From Waterburya sp. (GTDB lineage Bacteria > Cyanobacteriota > Cyanobacteriia > Cyanobacteriales > Xenococcaceae), in the NCBI GenBank assembly GCA_965217895.1, contig CBDCJV010000002.1, positions 896,001 through 960,000 of the forward strand: a DNA stretch of 64,000 nt, read 5' to 3'. The position numbers and the translations under genes were made by a program. Positions 38,607 through 49,352 of the stretch are shown piece by piece; within the stretch, counting starts at the first letter, position 1; each line of letters opens with the position of its first letter. The notes beneath the pieces are model-generated. The model saw nothing but the letters and a program-made list of their open reading frames with translations. It made no database searches and was not told the DNA's origin.

Positions 38607-40049
38607 TTATGTTTCATCATTGACTTTATAATTGCTAGATTCGGCATATTCTAGAAAAGAAATGGCTAAAGCTTCTTTGCGTAAATCTGAATAAATTTGC
38701 TTAACAATGGGTCTTAACTTCTCGATTAAACGATTATTTATTTTTGAATTAGAAACGGATTCAGAAACTCCCCATTGATTTAATAACTGCCCTGTTGATT
38801 TTTCCAGGTCCCATTGCAGTTCCTCTAAAGAAACCTTTTCTTGTAGTTGCTCAAAAAATAAAGTAAAAATAACTGCATTTGGCATATTTTTCTGTTCTAA
38901 TTGTTTTTTTGACTCTAATAGAAAATCATTAGTTTTACCTAAAATATCAATATGAGTCTTTAGCTGTTCAATTATTGTTACGATCATTTGAGCCAGTAGG
39001 TTATTTAGTTCCACATTTATTTTGCATTGATAAATAAACAGAACTGCTTTTTTGCATAGCTCCTGTTTATTCAACAAACTATCTGGCGATAACAATAGAT
39101 AATCAAAAGATTGCTGAGCAGCATTTTCTTTAACCTTGCTACTTTCGTACTCCTGCTTCAAGAGTTGCTGCCAGTTTAATAAATATTTCTCCACTGACTG
39201 TAAATATTTTAATAAAGGTATAGGTGCTGCCTGATGCCACAACGTAAAAATTATCTTTTGCAGTTTTTCTAAGGTGTTTTTTTGTAATAATTGAAAATTG
39301 TTACGTAATATAGTTGAGTACTCATTATTATCTTTGCCGTCAAGCCAATCGAAAATTTGTGGTTTGTTTTCAATTAGCTGACGATTAAAATCGGCAGAAT
39401 CTTCCCTAGCAAATAATTCATTCACTTTTAACTCGATTTCCTCTGTCAGCGTTAGGTCTGTGTCCTTTTGCTGACATAAATAGTTCTTCATCCATAACAA
39501 TCCTGATTGATTGAGACGTAAACTTTCAACCATCTGTTTTACCGTCGGAATTTCTAAAACAGAGTGTTCGCACCACCAATCGATCACCTTTTTTGCTAGC
39601 CACAAATTAATTTGTTTTATTTTTAATCGTTGCGAATCGACAGATGAAAGCTGGACTCGATCTAAAATTCCTTTGCCAATATAAACACTATCTCTATTGA
39701 CCGCGTAAATTGCACCGACCAAATCTTCTATTGAACTATTTTTTAGTAAATAACCCCTTGCTCCCGCTAGGATGGCTTTATTTAACATTTGACCATCTGA
39801 ACTCGTAAAAATAATTACCTTAGTTTTGGGATGGTTTTGAGCAATGAGATAGGTAGTTTCAATTCCACCCTGTAACGGCATTGTTAAGTCAATAATCGCT
39901 ACATCTGGTTGTAACTGCTCGACAAGTTCGATCCCTCGCTGCCCGTTTTCTGCCGTACCAACAACTTTCAATTTTTCTTCTAGCTCGATTAGTTGTTCTA
40001 AGCTTTGAAGCACTAACTTTTGATCGTCTATAATTAGAATGCGAATCAT
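38607..40049 (-). CDS. response-regulator receiver domain fused to a long helical domain of unknown function
   Basis: ILIIDDQ...VAIIDLTMP...GYLLK; no recognisable HTH output. Confidence 0.75.
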   Translation of the reverse strand: MIRILIIDDQKLVLQSLEQLIELEEKLKVVGTAENGQRGIELVEQLQPDVAIIDLTMPLQGGIETTYLIAQNHPKTKVIIFTSSDGQMLNKAILAGARGYLLKNSSIEDLVGAIYAVNRDSVYIGKGILDRVQLSSVDSQRLKIKQINLWLAKKVIDWWCEHSVLEIPTVKQMVESLRLNQSGLLWMKNYLCQQKDTDLTLTEEIELKVNELFAREDSADFNRQLIENKPQIFDWLDGKDNNEYSTILRNNFQLLQKNTLEKLQKIIFTLWHQAAPIPLLKYLQSVEKYLLNWQQLLKQEYESSKVKENAAQQSFDYLLLSPDSLLNKQELCKKAVLFIYQCKINVELNNLLAQMIVTIIEQLKTHIDILGKTNDFLLESKKQLEQKNMPNAVIFTLFFEQLQEKVSLEELQWDLEKSTGQLLNQWGVSESVSNSKINNRLIEKLRPIVKQIYSDLRKEALAISFLEYAESSNYKVNDET

Positions 40050-40580
40050 TGGGTTTTGAAGCTATCGAATAGATGAAGAAAATATTTTAAGTGTAGGAGG
40101 CTTCAAAGGAAGATTGTCGATTGAAAGCGATGATTGCCTTTAGCAATATTTATTTAGCGATCGCCTACCTGGGCATGAGCAAACCTGTAATATGTAATAT
40201 TTTGCTAATTATTTTATTCTATTTACTTCAGCAAATTTCAAAATAGAATTTAATCTTAAGAAATTGGCAATCAAAGAAAGTAAAAAGCGGTGCGACCCTG
40301 CGTCGCCGTCAGGCGCAAACAAAGGCTTTAGCCTCATGTACGCGCACCAAGAAAGTAAAAAGTAAAAAGTAACTGACCTCTAACCTGAAGCGAGCAAACA
40401 TCATCGTTGAATTTAATGAGGCAATTTCTATCTTTAGATATATTGCCATTTTGAATAATTGTAAATTAAGTTTAAGTTGATTAATAACTTCTTAACTTTA
40501 ATTAAACTGGTTTTCTGCGGTTTACTAGCAGTATTTTAAACACTTCTAATTTGCATTACAAATTTTTAGGAGGATTGAAG

Positions 40581-41672
40581 ATGAGAATTGCTCAGATTGC
40601 ACCCTTATGGGAAAGAGTACCTCCACCTGCCTATGGTGGCACGGAATTGATAGTCAGCTTACTTACGAATGAATTGGTACGGCGAGGACATGAAGTAACC
40701 TTGTTTGCTACAGGAGACTCTCAAACTTCAGCCAAATTAGAACCAGGTTGCGATCGCGCCCTGCGCGCCTTGGGAGTAAAGGGGAAAGAAGCAGAAACCT
40801 ATCACACGCTACAACTGAATCAAGTTTTTGAACGAGCTTCAGAATTTGACTTAATTCACTCTCACGTTAATCCAGAGGCATTTGTTTATGCTAACTTGGT
40901 CAAAACGCCAACATTACATACAGTTCATGGTACTATCCCCGCCGACCTAGAACCATTGTGGCGCAATGCACGCCACCAAAACTTTATTAGCATCTCCGAT
41001 TCCCAAAGACGTAACGATTTGGGCTTAAATTATGTCGCTACAGTTTACAATGGTATTGACACAAGCATTTTTCCCTTCTATCCTCAGCCAGATAGTTCCC
41101 CCTATTTAGCTTTTCTGGGTCGGATGGCTTCAGAAAAAGGACCTCACCTGGCAATTGAAATAGCCAAAAAATCTGGCTGGCATTTAAAGATGGCTGGTAA
41201 AGTAGACCCTGTTGACCGAGAATTTTTTGAAGAGCAGATTAAGCCTCAGATTGACGGCAAACAAATCGAATTTCTGGGTGAATTTAAGCACAAGCAAAAA
41301 TGTGAATTAATGGGGAATGCAGTCGCAACTTTATTCCCCATTACTTGGTCTGAACCTTTTGGTTTGGTAATGGCAGAATCAATGGTGATGGGTACGCCCG
41401 TAATTGCGATGGCTATGGGTTCAACAAAAGAAGTTATCGAGGCTGGCAAAACTGGCTTTTTGTGCCACAACGTAGATGAGTGTGTAGCAGCCCTCGATCG
41501 CCTTGGAGAAATTGACCGTCGTGCCTGTCGCGATCGCGTTGTGGCTAATTTTAGTGTTGCTCGTATGGTAGATGGCTATGAAGCAGCTTATCAACAGCTT
41601 GCAGCCAAGAGGTTCGCCAGCAATGGGCCTTCTCGCAATCTGGTTATAGATATAAATCGCCTGTCTGCGTAA
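40581..41672 (+). CDS. glycosyltransferase family 4
   Basis: RBS AGGAGG; MRIAQIAPLWERVPP..YGGTE; EPFGLVMAESM..GTPVI. Confidence 0.92.
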   Translation: MRIAQIAPLWERVPPPAYGGTELIVSLLTNELVRRGHEVTLFATGDSQTSAKLEPGCDRALRALGVKGKEAETYHTLQLNQVFERASEFDLIHSHVNPEAFVYANLVKTPTLHTVHGTIPADLEPLWRNARHQNFISISDSQRRNDLGLNYVATVYNGIDTSIFPFYPQPDSSPYLAFLGRMASEKGPHLAIEIAKKSGWHLKMAGKVDPVDREFFEEQIKPQIDGKQIEFLGEFKHKQKCELMGNAVATLFPITWSEPFGLVMAESMVMGTPVIAMAMGSTKEVIEAGKTGFLCHNVDECVAALDRLGEIDRRACRDRVVANFSVARMVDGYEAAYQQLAAKRFASNGPSRNLVIDINRLSA

Positions 41673-41758
41673 ACTGTTACATCTTAATCCATATTAAAAT
41701 CGGGCGATCGCGCTTGCTGCTTGAATAGAATAATTATTTAGTAACTATTAAATCAACT

Positions 41759-43996
41759 ATGACAGAAACTCTCAAACTTGACGGCAAAACTTTTGTCTCC
41801 ACCGAAACAGTACCTATTTCTCAATGGCCCTGTGTCAAAAATGAACCAAGGATTCCCACTTTAACCCTCAAGGATGACGACATTTTTTTGGTTACTGATA
41901 CTCTGGGTAATGTTCCTGGATGTCTTCCAGGAGAAGATAACAATACTCTGGGTTTGTTTTGCCAAGACACACGTTTTCTAAGTCGTTTAGAATTACAGGT
42001 TGAGGGAGAGCTACCGATTCTTCTCAGCAGTAATGCCCGTAGAGGTTTTGCCGTTTCTGCTCTTTGTGCCAATCCTTATCTAGAAGAGAAAGGAATCGGC
42101 GCAGAGACTATCGGTATCCAGCGAGAAATTGCTATTAATGGCGGATTATTTGAAGAATTAACTATTACTAATTACCGTACTAGCCCTGTTAGTTTTGAAC
42201 TTAGCTTGAGTTTTGATGCTGATTTTGTCGATTTGTTTGAAGTACGGGGACGAGAGCGTCAAGAACGAGGCAAAATGTTACGCTTAGTCACAGAAAACGA
42301 CGAAACCAAGCAGCTAGAGCCTTTGGAAGTACCAGAAGAGATTGTTATTGCCTATCAAGGTTTGGATGGGGCGGTGATGGAATCGCGTATTCAGTTTAAT
42401 GAACGTCAGCCCGACTACTGTAAAGGCAACACGGCAATTTGGCAACTAGAATTGGAATCTCATCAAACTATCCGCTTGGGTTATCGGGTGCAGTTAATTA
42501 CTAATCGCCGTTCGATTTCCAAAGTGGGAACGCCGATGACTTTAGTGCAGGCTAAAGCAGCCGAATCGATGGAATTGGATCAGTGGCAGCAACAGGTAAC
42601 AACTATTCGCTCTGATAGCAACACCTTTAATCGTCTCATCGAACGAGCAGAACGGGATGTTTACTTATTAAGACAAAGTTTTAAGGACAAAAAAGCTTTA
42701 TCGGCGGGTATTCCTTGGTTTTCGACTTTATTTGGCAGAGATTCTCTAATTGCCGCTTGGCAAACTTTAATTCTCGACCCGCAAATTGCCAAGGATACTT
42801 TGGCGATCTTGGCTCAATATCAAGGCAAAACCCACGATGAATGGCGCGAAGAAGAACCAGGCAAAATTCTTCACGAATTGCGCTTGGGGGAAATGGCTCG
42901 TTGTGGTGAAATTCCCCATACCCCCTACTACGGTACTGTAGATGCTACCCCTTTATGGTTGATTCTCTATGCAGAATACTATGCCTGGACGGGAGATCGC
43001 CATACCTTAGAACAGCTATGGGAAAATGCTTTGGCAGCAATGGATTGGATCGATCGCAACTGCAAAGCAACAGGTTATCTAAGCTACGAACGTATTTCTT
43101 CTGGAGGTCTGCTCAATCAAGGCTGGAAAGATTCGGGAGACTGCATCGTCAATCGGGAAGGAAAATTGGCAACGGGGGCGATTACTCTCTGTGAGGTACA
43201 GGGATACGTTTACAGTGCTAAGATGCGCCTTAGCGCGATCGCTAAGTTGATGCAGAGACTCGACCTTGCAGAACAATGGCATCGGGATGCGTTGGAACTC
43301 AAAAGTCGCTTTAATAAAGACTTTTGGCTAAATGACCTCGATTATTGTGCCTTGGCATTAGATGGCGAGGGAAAACCTGTAGATAGTATTACTTCTAACC
43401 CTGGTCACTGTTTAGCGATGGATATTTTGCATCCACAAAAAGCTACTAACGTTGCCGAAAGGTTGTGTGCGCCCGATATGTTTAGCGGTTGGGGCATTCG
43501 TACCCTAAGTAGTTCTTCACCTGCATACAATCCGATGGGCTATCATGTTGGTTCGGTATGGCCTCACGACAACAGCATTATTGCTTTGGGGTTGCGATCG
43601 CTTGGGTTAGTCGAACAAACCTTAGAAGTTGCTCAAGGTATTTTTGATATGACCTTGCAGCAGGCATATCATCGTCCCCCAGAACTATTTTGTGGTTACG
43701 AACGCACTCCTGAAAATAGTCCCGTGCGTTATCCTGTAGCTTGTTCTCCCCAAGCCTGGGCAACGGGTACGCTATTTCAATTATTGCAAATAGTAATTAA
43801 TATTGTTCCCGATGCTGCTAATAATTGTGTGCGGGTCATCGATCCAATTTTGCCAGAATCGATTAACAATCTTTCCCTAGAAAATCTGCGGGTGGGTTCG
43901 ACCGTTATCGATTTAGAGTTTGAGCGTTCTGGAGGCACTACTGCTTGTCGAGTGGCAAAAAAACGAGGCAATCTCAAGGTAGTTTTTGAAGCCTGA
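41759..43996 (+). CDS. amylo-alpha-1,6-glucosidase (glycogen debranching family)
   Basis: AGIPWFSTLFGRDSL, EEPGKILHE, NQGWKDSGD, YHVGSVWPHD, CSPQAWA. Confidence 0.9.
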   Translation: MTETLKLDGKTFVSTETVPISQWPCVKNEPRIPTLTLKDDDIFLVTDTLGNVPGCLPGEDNNTLGLFCQDTRFLSRLELQVEGELPILLSSNARRGFAVSALCANPYLEEKGIGAETIGIQREIAINGGLFEELTITNYRTSPVSFELSLSFDADFVDLFEVRGRERQERGKMLRLVTENDETKQLEPLEVPEEIVIAYQGLDGAVMESRIQFNERQPDYCKGNTAIWQLELESHQTIRLGYRVQLITNRRSISKVGTPMTLVQAKAAESMELDQWQQQVTTIRSDSNTFNRLIERAERDVYLLRQSFKDKKALSAGIPWFSTLFGRDSLIAAWQTLILDPQIAKDTLAILAQYQGKTHDEWREEEPGKILHELRLGEMARCGEIPHTPYYGTVDATPLWLILYAEYYAWTGDRHTLEQLWENALAAMDWIDRNCKATGYLSYERISSGGLLNQGWKDSGDCIVNREGKLATGAITLCEVQGYVYSAKMRLSAIAKLMQRLDLAEQWHRDALELKSRFNKDFWLNDLDYCALALDGEGKPVDSITSNPGHCLAMDILHPQKATNVAERLCAPDMFSGWGIRTLSSSSPAYNPMGYHVGSVWPHDNSIIALGLRSLGLVEQTLEVAQGIFDMTLQQAYHRPPELFCGYERTPENSPVRYPVACSPQAWATGTLFQLLQIVINIVPDAANNCVRVIDPILPESINNLSLENLRVGSTVIDLEFERSGGTTACRVAKKRGNLKVVFEA

Positions 43997-44202
43997 TAAG
44001 TACATGGACAAAAATAACTACAGCTAATTGTTAATGAAGTAAGAAGTAAGAAGTAAGAAGTAAAAAGTAAAAAGTAAAAAGTAACTGACCTCTGACCTCT
44101 GACCTGAAGCGAGCGAACATCAACAGCGAGACTTGCCCTTGCGCCCTTCGGCGACGCGAGCTTCCTCGCTCAACGTTAAATTTAATTTTGTCCAACTACT
44201 TA
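43997..44202. mobile_element. MITE with IS630-like TIRs, heptamer repeats and a nested hairpin insert
   Basis: TAAGTACATGGACAAAAAT / ATTTTGTCCAACTACTTA with terminal TA; resembles the IS630 ends at 62793 and 63889. Confidence 0.75.
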
Positions 44203-44764
44203 AGCTGTGACGGCTTTAATTTGCTTATTGTGGCTGACGGGAGGACTAGGGGAAAGGGAGATTGGCAGAGGGTTAAACTGTTTTTCAAGCAATTAAATAA
44301 TATATAGTTTAAATAATGAACAGCCTATATCTACCTAGGAGCAAAATAGTTTATTTAAATCTTAAGAATTATGGCTCTTTAGATTAAGGAGGCATAAGAC
44401 AATTAAGAATTAAATACAGCCGTGATAACATTCTTCTCAATCATTAAATTGGAGTAAGAATAGAAAGTAGTCGTGAGGTAGTTTGCTAGTAAAATTTCTA
44501 ATCTAAAATAAGGTAGCTGCGATCTCATTAGAAACAGTACCACCTCGACAACTTGACAGTTCGCTCGCATAAGCTTAAAAGCATATCGACCGCAACAACC
44601 ATTTTGCAAAGATGTGTAACTACGAGAAACTATCCCGCTATTCAATACAGTAGGCGAAATAGTTTGATTGGTAACTTTGTTTTGATTTCTTTTATCTCAC
44701 TAGAATCAGTATCGGTACGTCAACGCTATGTTAATACTTGCTAGACGAGTAAATACAAGCGATA

Positions 44765-45415
44765 TTAAGAGTTATTATCCATATTGTTCATCATGTATTT
44801 GCTGTAGCTAGTACCATTTTCAAGAGACTTAGATAGTTGCGAATGCATCTCCTGCACGGGCAAAAACTGCTCGATGAAAGCTTGCAGGTCTGAATCTTGA
44901 GCAGATGTAGCTTGGCTCTGCAAATCCTTTACATCACTAGCGTTTGCTTGCGTTGATTCACTGATATACTGTTGATCGAATTTGCTTCCTTGAAGCTGCA
45001 TTAGCTGCTCTAACTTAGATTGGTTCTGACTATCTAACTCAACGGGTAAGACTATGCTTTTGCGACGAGCGAGTTCCATTAGCTGCGTATTATACTCTGC
45101 GTGGTCATTTATCAATCGTAAACCGTACATCGCAAGGTTAGGATCTTGAGCTTTCTGGACGGCTAATTGAGCAGAAGCAAATTCATAAAGGCTATCTTGA
45201 GCAGATTTGGTCAAAAAATCCTTTTCGGTATTGCTCAGAGAAGATGTGCTGGTGCTGGTAAGCTGCTCACTCGAAGGCATTTGCGCTATCTGTTCTAAGG
45301 TGGTCTGCTGCATTGACTGCACTTTGGCGGGGGCTTGCTGTGCTAAAGCTGTTCCAGCCAAAGTTACTAAAAATATTGCTGTTGCTGTTATGGCAGCAAA
45401 TTTAAATCTAATCAT
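44765..45415 (-). CDS. DUF4142 (ferritin-like) secreted protein
   Basis: Signal peptide; E...AQLAVQKA, LINDH, LQGSKFDQQYI, FIEQFLPV..MH. Confidence 0.8.
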   Translation of the reverse strand: MIRFKFAAITATAIFLVTLAGTALAQQAPAKVQSMQQTTLEQIAQMPSSEQLTSTSTSSLSNTEKDFLTKSAQDSLYEFASAQLAVQKAQDPNLAMYGLRLINDHAEYNTQLMELARRKSIVLPVELDSQNQSKLEQLMQLQGSKFDQQYISESTQANASDVKDLQSQATSAQDSDLQAFIEQFLPVQEMHSQLSKSLENGTSYSKYMMNNMDNNS

Positions 45416-45870
45416 TTGATAGTTCTCCTTTTAATTTGCTTTAAAATACTCCTTTAAGCAAATCTAAACACAAGTAAAAATCTAAAGTATCCACCTCTAG
45501 TTAGACTCAATCAATCTGTACTTTGAATTGAAAATTACGGCTAACAATTAAAAATTACAGTTAACAAGTTCAAGCTAGTTTTATACACAATCGCTAATAT
45601 TTGTATGTGATATGAATGACATTTTTGGCAATCTCGAGCATCGCTCATAATATAGCAAAAACTAACAAAAGTATCATCATACTATTGAATCTTTATCCGC
45701 CTAAAAAAAGCTCTATCTTAAGATAGTATAGACAAAAAATCTAGCGAATTAGTATTAATCCATAAGTTCATTTCAAGCAAAAAACTTTTTAAAGTTCAAG
45801 GGGAATATACAGTTTACCGAACATTCTCTTAATCCGCTTTAAATAATTAACTCATAGGAGAAATAAACTC

Positions 45871-46581
45871 ATGTTTTTTCACAAAAAAGAAACTATTCAT
45901 AATGTCGATATTAAAGAAGCCAACCCCCGCTTTGCTCAACTGTTGCTAGAGCAATTTGGTGGTGCGACTGGAGAACTATCTGCTGCCTTGCAATATTGGG
46001 TGCAGTCTTTCCATGTAGAAAATCCAGCCATTAAAGATATGCTCCAAGACATCGCAGTTGAAGAGTTCGGTCACTTAGAAATGGTGGGCAAAATGATCGA
46101 AGCTCATACCAAAAATGTAGACCAAACCGAAGCATATAAAAGTACGTTGTTTGCCGTGCGGGGAATGGGACCCCATTTTCTTGATAGTCAGGGTAGTGCT
46201 TGGACAGCAACCTATCTCAATGAAGGCGGTGATGTCGTGCGCGATCTACGCGCCAATATTGGTGCAGAAGCGGGAGCGCGACAAACTTATGAAGCGTTAA
46301 TTAAAATAGCACCAGATGAAGGGACTAAAAAAACTCTTGTACATTTGCTAACTCGCGAAATTTCTCATACGCAGATGTTTATGAATGCACTAAATCAGTT
46401 GGGCAAGCTTACCGATCCCTTATTTGGCAATGTTCAACCCGATGAGACAGTAGATCTTTATTACAACTTATCTACTTCTAGTCTAGCAGATGGCTCAAAT
46501 GTAGAGGTTGACCAGCGCGGTCCTTGGAATCAAGAGCCAGATTTTAGATATGTTGCTCACCCCCAACCCAACCACTTTTAA
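45871..46581 (+). CDS. katB: manganese catalase (KatB-like)
   Basis: EQFGGATGELSAALQY, DIAVEEFGHLEMV, DLRANIGAE, REISH; RBS AGGAG; hairpin at 46628-46651. Confidence 0.92.
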   Translation: MFFHKKETIHNVDIKEANPRFAQLLLEQFGGATGELSAALQYWVQSFHVENPAIKDMLQDIAVEEFGHLEMVGKMIEAHTKNVDQTEAYKSTLFAVRGMGPHFLDSQGSAWTATYLNEGGDVVRDLRANIGAEAGARQTYEALIKIAPDEGTKKTLVHLLTREISHTQMFMNALNQLGKLTDPLFGNVQPDETVDLYYNLSTSSLADGSNVEVDQRGPWNQEPDFRYVAHPQPNHF

Positions 46582-46819
46582 ACAGCGAATTGAGGAAATA
46601 TTATCAACTAAAAATTGATTGAGTTATAGCCAAGGATTTAATTTCTTGGCTTGGCTTTTTAATAGACCCCTTTTTTTCCTAAAGTAACAAAAGAGGAATA
46701 AGAACTACCTCTGGATCATCATCATAAGCTCGTTAGATCAGCTAAAAGCTACATTGGATAATAGTTTGAGGGGTGTTAATTCTTGAAGTAGTCCCAAAAA
46801 GGCGCGATCGCCAAACAAT

Positions 46820-47313
46820 TAATGTGGCACAGCTTGCAGGGGTTTTGGGTCATGAAGTAGGTCATGTAATAGACAGACATGGTGCAGAACATTTAGCTAA
46901 ACAACAGTTAGGTAGTGCCTTAATCAATGCTGTAGGCATTGCTGCAGGGCGATCGCCCTGCAGATGGCAGACAGGCAGCTATTTTGGCACGAGCGGTTAA
47001 TCAATTGGTCAATCTTAAGTATGGTAGAGAAGATGAGCTTGAAAGCGATCGCCTAGGATTGGAATTTATGACCGAAGCTGGCTACAGTCCTGTCGGTATG
47101 CTGGAGTTAATGAAAATCCTTAATTCTGCCAGAGGTGATGCAGGAGGACAACCAGAGTTTATGAGTACTCACCCAAATCCTGGTAATCGTCTAGAACAGC
47201 TACAAACTGAACAGCTACAAACTATTATCAACCAAGAATATCCCAGCGGTATTCCAGGTAGTTTGGAAGAAGATAAAGATCGCTTTGCTCAAGTAGTAGC
47301 ACCTCGAATTTAG
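46820..47313 (+). pseudogene. M48 metallopeptidase remnant (5'-truncated, frameshifted)
   Basis: AQLAGVLGHEVGHV in one frame; YGREDELESD.LG, STHPNPGNR in the next frame; 15-bp duplication at 47194-47223. Confidence 0.8.
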
Positions 47314-47359
47314 AGCTTGATATCTTCTATCTTTTTTACTAATAACTAATAATTAACTT

Positions 47360-47908
47360 ATGAATATAACTACTATTTATTGGATTGTCCTAGCAGCGAT
47401 GGCAATAGGGGTAATTGGGGCAATTATTCCTGGGCTTCCTGGCAGCAGCATTATTTTAGTTGCTATTTTGGTTTGGAGTATCGTCACTGGTTTTGCAGGT
47501 ATTAGCTTACCCATGATTTTGATTTTTACTGTCTTAATTCTTAGTGCAATAGTCGAATATTTGGCTCTATATTTTGGAGCAAAACAGTCTGGGGCAAGCA
47601 AATGGAGTCAGTATGGTGCAATTATCGGCATGGTTATGGGTTTTGTGAGTTTATTACCTGCTTTGCCCCTTGGAGGTCCTTTAATTGGTGTTCTAGTCGG
47701 TGCAGTATTAGGGGCGTTTATTGGTGAATATCTTTATCGCAGTAACCTTGAACCAAATCGGCGCATCAAGCAGGCTTTTAAAGCTAGTACAGGAATTGTC
47801 GTTGCTTCAATTATTGGTAATGTGATTGAAGCTTTATTGGCAGCATTGGCAGTAGCGATTTTTATTTACTCTACTTGGTCTTACGTTTTTCCCGCTGGAA
47901 TTAATTAA
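47360..47908 (+). CDS. DUF456-family membrane protein
   Basis: GAIIPGLPG, GAKQSGASKW, GAFIGEY. Confidence 0.85.
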   Translation: MNITTIYWIVLAAMAIGVIGAIIPGLPGSSIILVAILVWSIVTGFAGISLPMILIFTVLILSAIVEYLALYFGAKQSGASKWSQYGAIIGMVMGFVSLLPALPLGGPLIGVLVGAVLGAFIGEYLYRSNLEPNRRIKQAFKASTGIVVASIIGNVIEALLAALAVAIFIYSTWSYVFPAGIN

Positions 47909-47953
47909 CGTTTAACTGTAAATATTTACCTCTTATGACTGACTGCCTAACTT

Positions 47954-48133
47954 ATGGAAAACAATCTAGTAATAGCCTTTTCTGTTTTGTTTTGGTTAAC
48001 TCCAGTTGTTTTGACGATTCATCTGGCACTCAAAAAAACTGAGTCTAATGCTTATAAAAAAAGACTGGGTTACATCTATGGAGGATTATGGGCGATCGCT
48101 TTTTTGGGTTATGGCTGGCTGTTTATCCATTAG
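47954..48133 (+). CDS. 59-aa two-TM hypothetical protein
   Basis: Manual: MENNLVIAFSVLFWLTPVVLTIHLALKK...GYIYGGLWAIAFLGYGWLFIH. Confidence 0.5.
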   Translation: MENNLVIAFSVLFWLTPVVLTIHLALKKTESNAYKKRLGYIYGGLWAIAFLGYGWLFIH

Positions 48134-48148
48134 TCAAGTTGGCTAAAT

Positions 48149-48649
48149 TTATTCTTGAATTAAAGATTGGCGTAGTTTTTGTTCTAAATTGCTAGGGTCT
48201 ACCTCCAAATTTTGTAAAATCTTAAATCCCAAACTGTTGACATCTCCAAGTAGACCCAAGAGCAAATGTTCTGTACCTATATAATTTTTGCCCAACTTTA
48301 AAGACTCTTGCAAAGCACTTTCCATAGCTTCTTTCACTCTACGAGTAAAAGGCATGAATATCGGCATTGAGTTCTTACTTCCACGTCCAATCAATCTTTC
48401 GACTTCAATTTGAACTTTTTCTAAATTTAATCCAGCTTCACCAAGAAACTGCCAAGATATTCCACTTTTTTCACTTATCAATCCGATTAGAATCTGTTCA
48501 GTGCCAACATATTGATGTTTCAAACGGAGAGATTCACATTGAGCAAATTTTATAGCTGTAATTGCTTCATGAGTTAATCTAGATGGTAATGGGAATCCCA
48601 AACGAGTAAATAACTTATCCCGAATTGGTCTAAACAATTGTTCTGACAT
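48149..48649 (-). CDS. stand-alone Clp N-terminal domain protein
   Basis: Two Clp_N repeats (HQYVGTEQILIGL; NYIGTEHLLLGL), no ATPase. Confidence 0.85.
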   Translation of the reverse strand: MSEQLFRPIRDKLFTRLGFPLPSRLTHEAITAIKFAQCESLRLKHQYVGTEQILIGLISEKSGISWQFLGEAGLNLEKVQIEVERLIGRGSKNSMPIFMPFTRRVKEAMESALQESLKLGKNYIGTEHLLLGLLGDVNSLGFKILQNLEVDPSNLEQKLRQSLIQE

Positions 48650-48761
48650 GGATTTTTCCTCTTCTGATAATTTTTTTACTGACTCAAGAATATGAATATT
48701 ATTTGAGGAACTTTCTGTGTAGAAAAACGACTTATGCTTTAGTTACTATTTACTTTTCAAT

Positions 48762-49352
48762 TCAATTTGACAAGCCGCTGTACAATTTTTGCAAATCTGG
48801 CATCAACTGAGCAAAAGCTACCCCACGATGACTAACCTTACCCTTAATTGCAGCAGACATTTCGGCAAAAGTTTGCTGTTTTGTAGGTACATAAAAAATA
48901 GGATCGTAGCCAAAGCCACCATTACCACGAGGGGAATGTAATATTTCCCCTGGACAGATACCTTCTGTTTCTAAAACTATCTTACCATCAGGACTGGCGA
49001 TCGCAATTGCACAAATAAATTTTGCCTGTCTATTTTTTGTGTCACCTAATTCTGTTAGCAGACGATTAATCCTGTCTGTGTCTGTCTTGCCATACCTCGA
49101 TGAATATAGCCCTGGCGCACCATTAAGAGCATCTACTGCCAATCCAGAATCATCAGCGATCGCCCATTCTCCCAGAGCTTTTGCTACTTCTGAAGCTTTA
49201 AGACGAGCATTAGCAATAAAAGTAGTGCCTGTTTCTTCTATATCTAGATTCGCAGGCTTTAACTGCAATTCCCAAGGCAAACCTGTCAAATATTCCTTAA
49301 TTTCCTGCACTTTTCCTGGGTTTCCCGTAGCGACTATAAGCCTTTCAACCAT
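48762..49352 (-). CDS. rdgB: non-canonical purine NTP pyrophosphatase
   Basis: ATGNPGK, ADDSGL, GFGYDPIF, SHRG; ATG 49352. Confidence 0.93.
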   Translation of the reverse strand: MVERLIVATGNPGKVQEIKEYLTGLPWELQLKPANLDIEETGTTFIANARLKASEVAKALGEWAIADDSGLAVDALNGAPGLYSSRYGKTDTDRINRLLTELGDTKNRQAKFICAIAIASPDGKIVLETEGICPGEILHSPRGNGGFGYDPIFYVPTKQQTFAEMSAAIKGKVSHRGVAFAQLMPDLQKLYSGLSN

